Below are positions 58,401 to 58,853 of a stretch of DNA of 58,853 bases, piece by piece; position 1 is the first letter of the stretch; each line of letters opens with the position of its first letter. This DNA is from Minisyncoccia bacterium (GTDB lineage Bacteria; Patescibacteriota; Minisyncoccia; Phycocordibacterales; UBA9973), in assembly GCA_038249055.1 (NCBI GenBank), contig JBBRWS010000008.1:1-58853 (forward strand), read 5' to 3'. Both the position numbers and the translations under genes were made by a program. Under the pieces are notes generated by a model. The model was not told the origin of the DNA, did no database searches, and was given only the letters and a program-made list of their open reading frames with translations.

Positions 58401-58853
58401 TTTTTCACTTAAATATCCATCATAATTTACATCTCCGTAAGGTGCACATGGAGAAGTTTTAATTATAACTGGAGTTGAGATTGTAAATGTTGCTTTCACA
58501 GTACAAGAACTAGTTATTGGTGCAGTTGTATAAGTATCACCAGAGAGTGAACCTTCACATCCTATTACTGAAGCTGTGTATCCAGTCTTTGGAGTAATAG
58601 TAAATTTTTTAATTTGACCAGTATTTGCTTGAACTGAGATTGGTCCAGCTGGAGAGATTGTTCCGTTTGCTCCAGAAGAAGTATAGATGTTAGCGAGAGT
58701 TGGATAAGCTGTATTTACTGTCACCCTAACTGTTTTCTTGTTGAAGTTTGAACTTGATGCCATAGCTGTTAAATCGTAGTCAGTCGTCATTGTAGGAGTA
58801 ACTACTTTCGAGCCACTAAGACTTGTCATAGAACCAACACCTGAAATATATAC
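55494..58853 (-). CDS. large modular surface protein, 5'-truncated by window: dockerin-like, duplicated ~90-aa domain, Ig-like/PKD, C-terminal peptidoglycan-binding domain
   Basis: Frame open to window end; GDVNYDG...ADVNKDGKVSVLD; three VLxPxxG modules; YSVDWG...HSYSQPG.Y; G.DVKRLQ.FL...DG.FGP.T...WQ...GL..DG. Confidence 0.85.
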   Translation of the reverse strand, partial: VYISGVGSMTSLSGSKVVTPTMTTDYDLTAMASSSNFNKKTVRVTVNTAYPTLANIYTSSGANGTISPAGPISVQANTGQIKKFTITPKTGYTASVIGCEGSLSGDTYTTAPITSSCTVKATFTISTPVIIKTSPCAPYGDVNYDGYLSEKDIITIQENIGGLNYFIYDQTKRADVNKDGKVSVLDVTYMTDYISGTESTFPVCTIGTVAQITPTSDLTPRISVWQGKVNQHVEVSAKMWNTDPDGVSGAEIDKLTYCKKWYPNTTSVVEYKNETINAWHDRGNINDYPSTRMTYKCVQSVSTSTIKVLSPNGGESIKMGDKYNITWESQGPLSGNNVSLSLKKEGVICPPAPYTGCQSEFTIAYNVANYGSYIWDTNLKMSGPSTGPNSISVVPGAQYRIGVCGLSIGTCDYSDNAFIVSDTVVPITPTTDLTPRISVWQGKVNQHVDVASKMWQTDADGVSGADIDKLTYCKKWYPNTTSVVEYKTETINTWQERYNLNYYPSTRMSYKCVESVSDNLGKITQSLDTNSHVDMTVSSGSNDVEVVSIALRNTGTTEVFLNGLHLASSANLNNYINHVKVFDSSTNKQVGQTINKFDYNGEYYYAWVNSPASVSIPAGTKKVFRVLADIPNSALLGTFSVGNWGLNFDAPGAVMSPQKINGNTITIKSNTTSSINVLSPGEGDRFKIGNQITVKWNSNGVLPTSQVVMTLENVNSGVIIYLTEDKNVPAIFTTNDGIETFKIPTSDYANVKTGDYKITISTLASDGKTSVSDRSDLFTIVASDSTPSLSVLYPKGGEIFKAGQQITAKWKTENIPSSETVLIEITRAYKSGDFYGGWTTLSEATPNDGIQTVTLGSNLPSGEYQFVIRRNSLLLDGDGLSDGLFTITSENISCPLISQPAPSYCFNGKIEAVQDYNKCIISYKCVNSNGPVISGVSGPQSLALNQTGTWTITASNPNGGNLSYSVDWGEPTATPWLKSATAPQQTATFTHSYSQPGIYTPIFTATSENTIRCITTPCPSNGGSAETSLSVNVGSSTTYIKNNPGTTPMAMYNAKIFRTLKIGVKGEDVKRLQEFLGLDIDGNFGPMTARKVAEWQAANGLTPDGKFGYFSRVKAGLDN
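57304..58220 (-). repeat. two ~272-bp intragenic repeats (57304-57575 and 57949-58220)
   Basis: Both encode ITPT.DLTPRISVWQGKVNQHV...DKLTYCKKWYPNTTSVVEYK.ETIN.W...YPSTRM.YKCV.SVS. Confidence 0.9.

Noticed and set aside
1-58853. Alternative genetic code (TGA=Gly, code 25)
   Set aside because: Conserved genes translate full length under code 11, and TGA ends a gene at 23479.

Overview
AT-rich (~30% GC by eye) bacterial chromosome segment using the standard genetic code. The 16S sequence, short IF2 and DnaX, many prepilin-like genes, and lack of biosynthetic operons suggest a Patescibacteria/CPR organism, probably Parcubacteria (inference). It holds the 5' end of a 16S rRNA gene, five tRNAs (Lys-CTT, Gln-TTG, Tyr-GTA, Cys-GCA, Leu-TAG) and housekeeping genes (obgE, rmuC, dnaX, serS, dprA, topA, rel, parB, clpB, infB, rbfA, secG, rnj). 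It also holds a lipid-handling cluster, pilin-like cassettes and a large surface protein cut by the window end. The most striking signal is non-coding. Four of the five tRNAs and the 3' end of topA are each followed by a 120-340 bp structured element with one shared plan: an antisense copy of the element's own insertion site, a 25-nt hairpin module (partial at Lys), a scaffold with covarying stems, and a direct repeat of the target 3' end. The scaffold is constant while the antisense part is retuned to each target, as expected of a self-targeting (possibly guide-directed) mini-integrative element or a tRNA-folding switch. A 25-bp GTAG-type REP-like unit occurs six times; at five sites removing it restores a sister sequence or a clear hairpin. 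Three ~100-118 bp TCCC...GGGA MITE-like elements sit exactly at start codons and supply the A of ATG. No recombinase, transposase or reverse transcriptase is encoded in the window, so mechanisms are inference.
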